Assembly: GCF_001194135.2 (NCBI RefSeq) | Contig: NC_068983.1 | Span: 85,089,181-85,153,180 of the forward strand | Length of the DNA stretch: 64,000 nucleotides | Direction: 5' to 3' | Source of the DNA: Octopus bimaculoides | Taxonomy: Eukaryota | Part shown: positions 63,560 to 64,000 of the stretch, one piece after another | How positions within the stretch are numbered: the stretch's first letter is position 1 | Layout: each line of letters starts with the position of its first letter | The notes under the pieces: generated by a model | What the model saw: only the letters and a program-made list of their open reading frames with translations | Told to the model about the DNA's origin: nothing | Database searches by the model: none | Translations under genes and position numbers: made by a program

Positions 63560-64000
63560 GTGGTTTTGGAGAATTTGTAGGTGATTAATATTTTTACTAT
63601 ATGGTAATAAAATTGAAAAGACAGTGGCTTGGTAAAAGGGAAAAAGCTCAACCACAACCGAGAAGGGAACTTCATGGGAAAAAGGTTCTTCTCTCTATCT
63701 GGTAAGATTGCAAAGGAGTAATTCACTTTGAATTGTTACCACCTAATGCCACAATCAATGCTCAAGTCTACTGTCAACAATTAGAGCGGTTGAACAAAGC
63801 TTTGAAGAAAAAAAGACCCACTTTAGTGAATTGAAAAGGAGTGATGTTTCATCAGGACAATACACGACCCCACACTGCAAAGATCACCTCACAGAAGATC
63901 AAAGAGCTTGGTTGGGAAAAAATTCCTCATCCACCTTATTCTCCCGACCTTGCTCCTTCAGACTACCATTTGTTTCGTAGTTTACAGAATCATTTGGAGA
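63560..64000 (+). mobile_element. Mariner transposase catalytic-domain fragment, running off the window end
   Basis: KKVLLSIW*DCKGVIHFELLPPNATINAQVYCQQL...FHQDNTRPH...PHPPYSPDLAPSDYHLFRSLQNHL (mariner HDNARPH and YSPDLAPSD motifs). Confidence 0.92.

Overview
AT-rich, repeat-dense eukaryotic DNA with spliced genes; it is not prokaryotic, and I found no CRISPR array, rRNA or genuine tRNA gene. The SINE/MITE/RTE repeat content resembles an octopus (coleoid cephalopod) genome; this is an inference from recalled repeat families, not a database result. Two genes lie head-to-head about 3.5 kb apart. MRPS17 is on the minus strand, with a complete 2-exon CDS of 117 aa (18752-18636 joined to 13808-13572). 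MED15 is on the plus strand, with its first four coding exons at 22253-22314, 27573-27660, 30737-30788 and 56032-56229; it continues beyond the window. The rest is mostly decayed transposons (mariner, pogo/Tigger, piggyBac, hAT, Merlin-like, RTE, CR1-like and L1-like LINEs, a probable Gypsy relic, several SINE families), microsatellites and four N gaps. The most notable observations are: (1) a 540-bp inverted duplication with a 275-bp perfectly identical core that brackets the MED15 promoter and exon 1; (2) a degenerate minimal type-I hammerhead-ribozyme fold inside a 240-bp palindromic element in MED15 intron 2; (3) an internally deleted piggyBac whose ends match the window's abundant TTAA MITE; (4) an ORF1-only (HAL1-like) retroelement; (5) a pogo-like element nested in the terminal inverted repeat (TIR) of a Merlin-like element. 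I cannot claim a new biological system from sequence alone. TE boundaries are approximate unless TIRs or target-site duplications (TSDs) are quoted.
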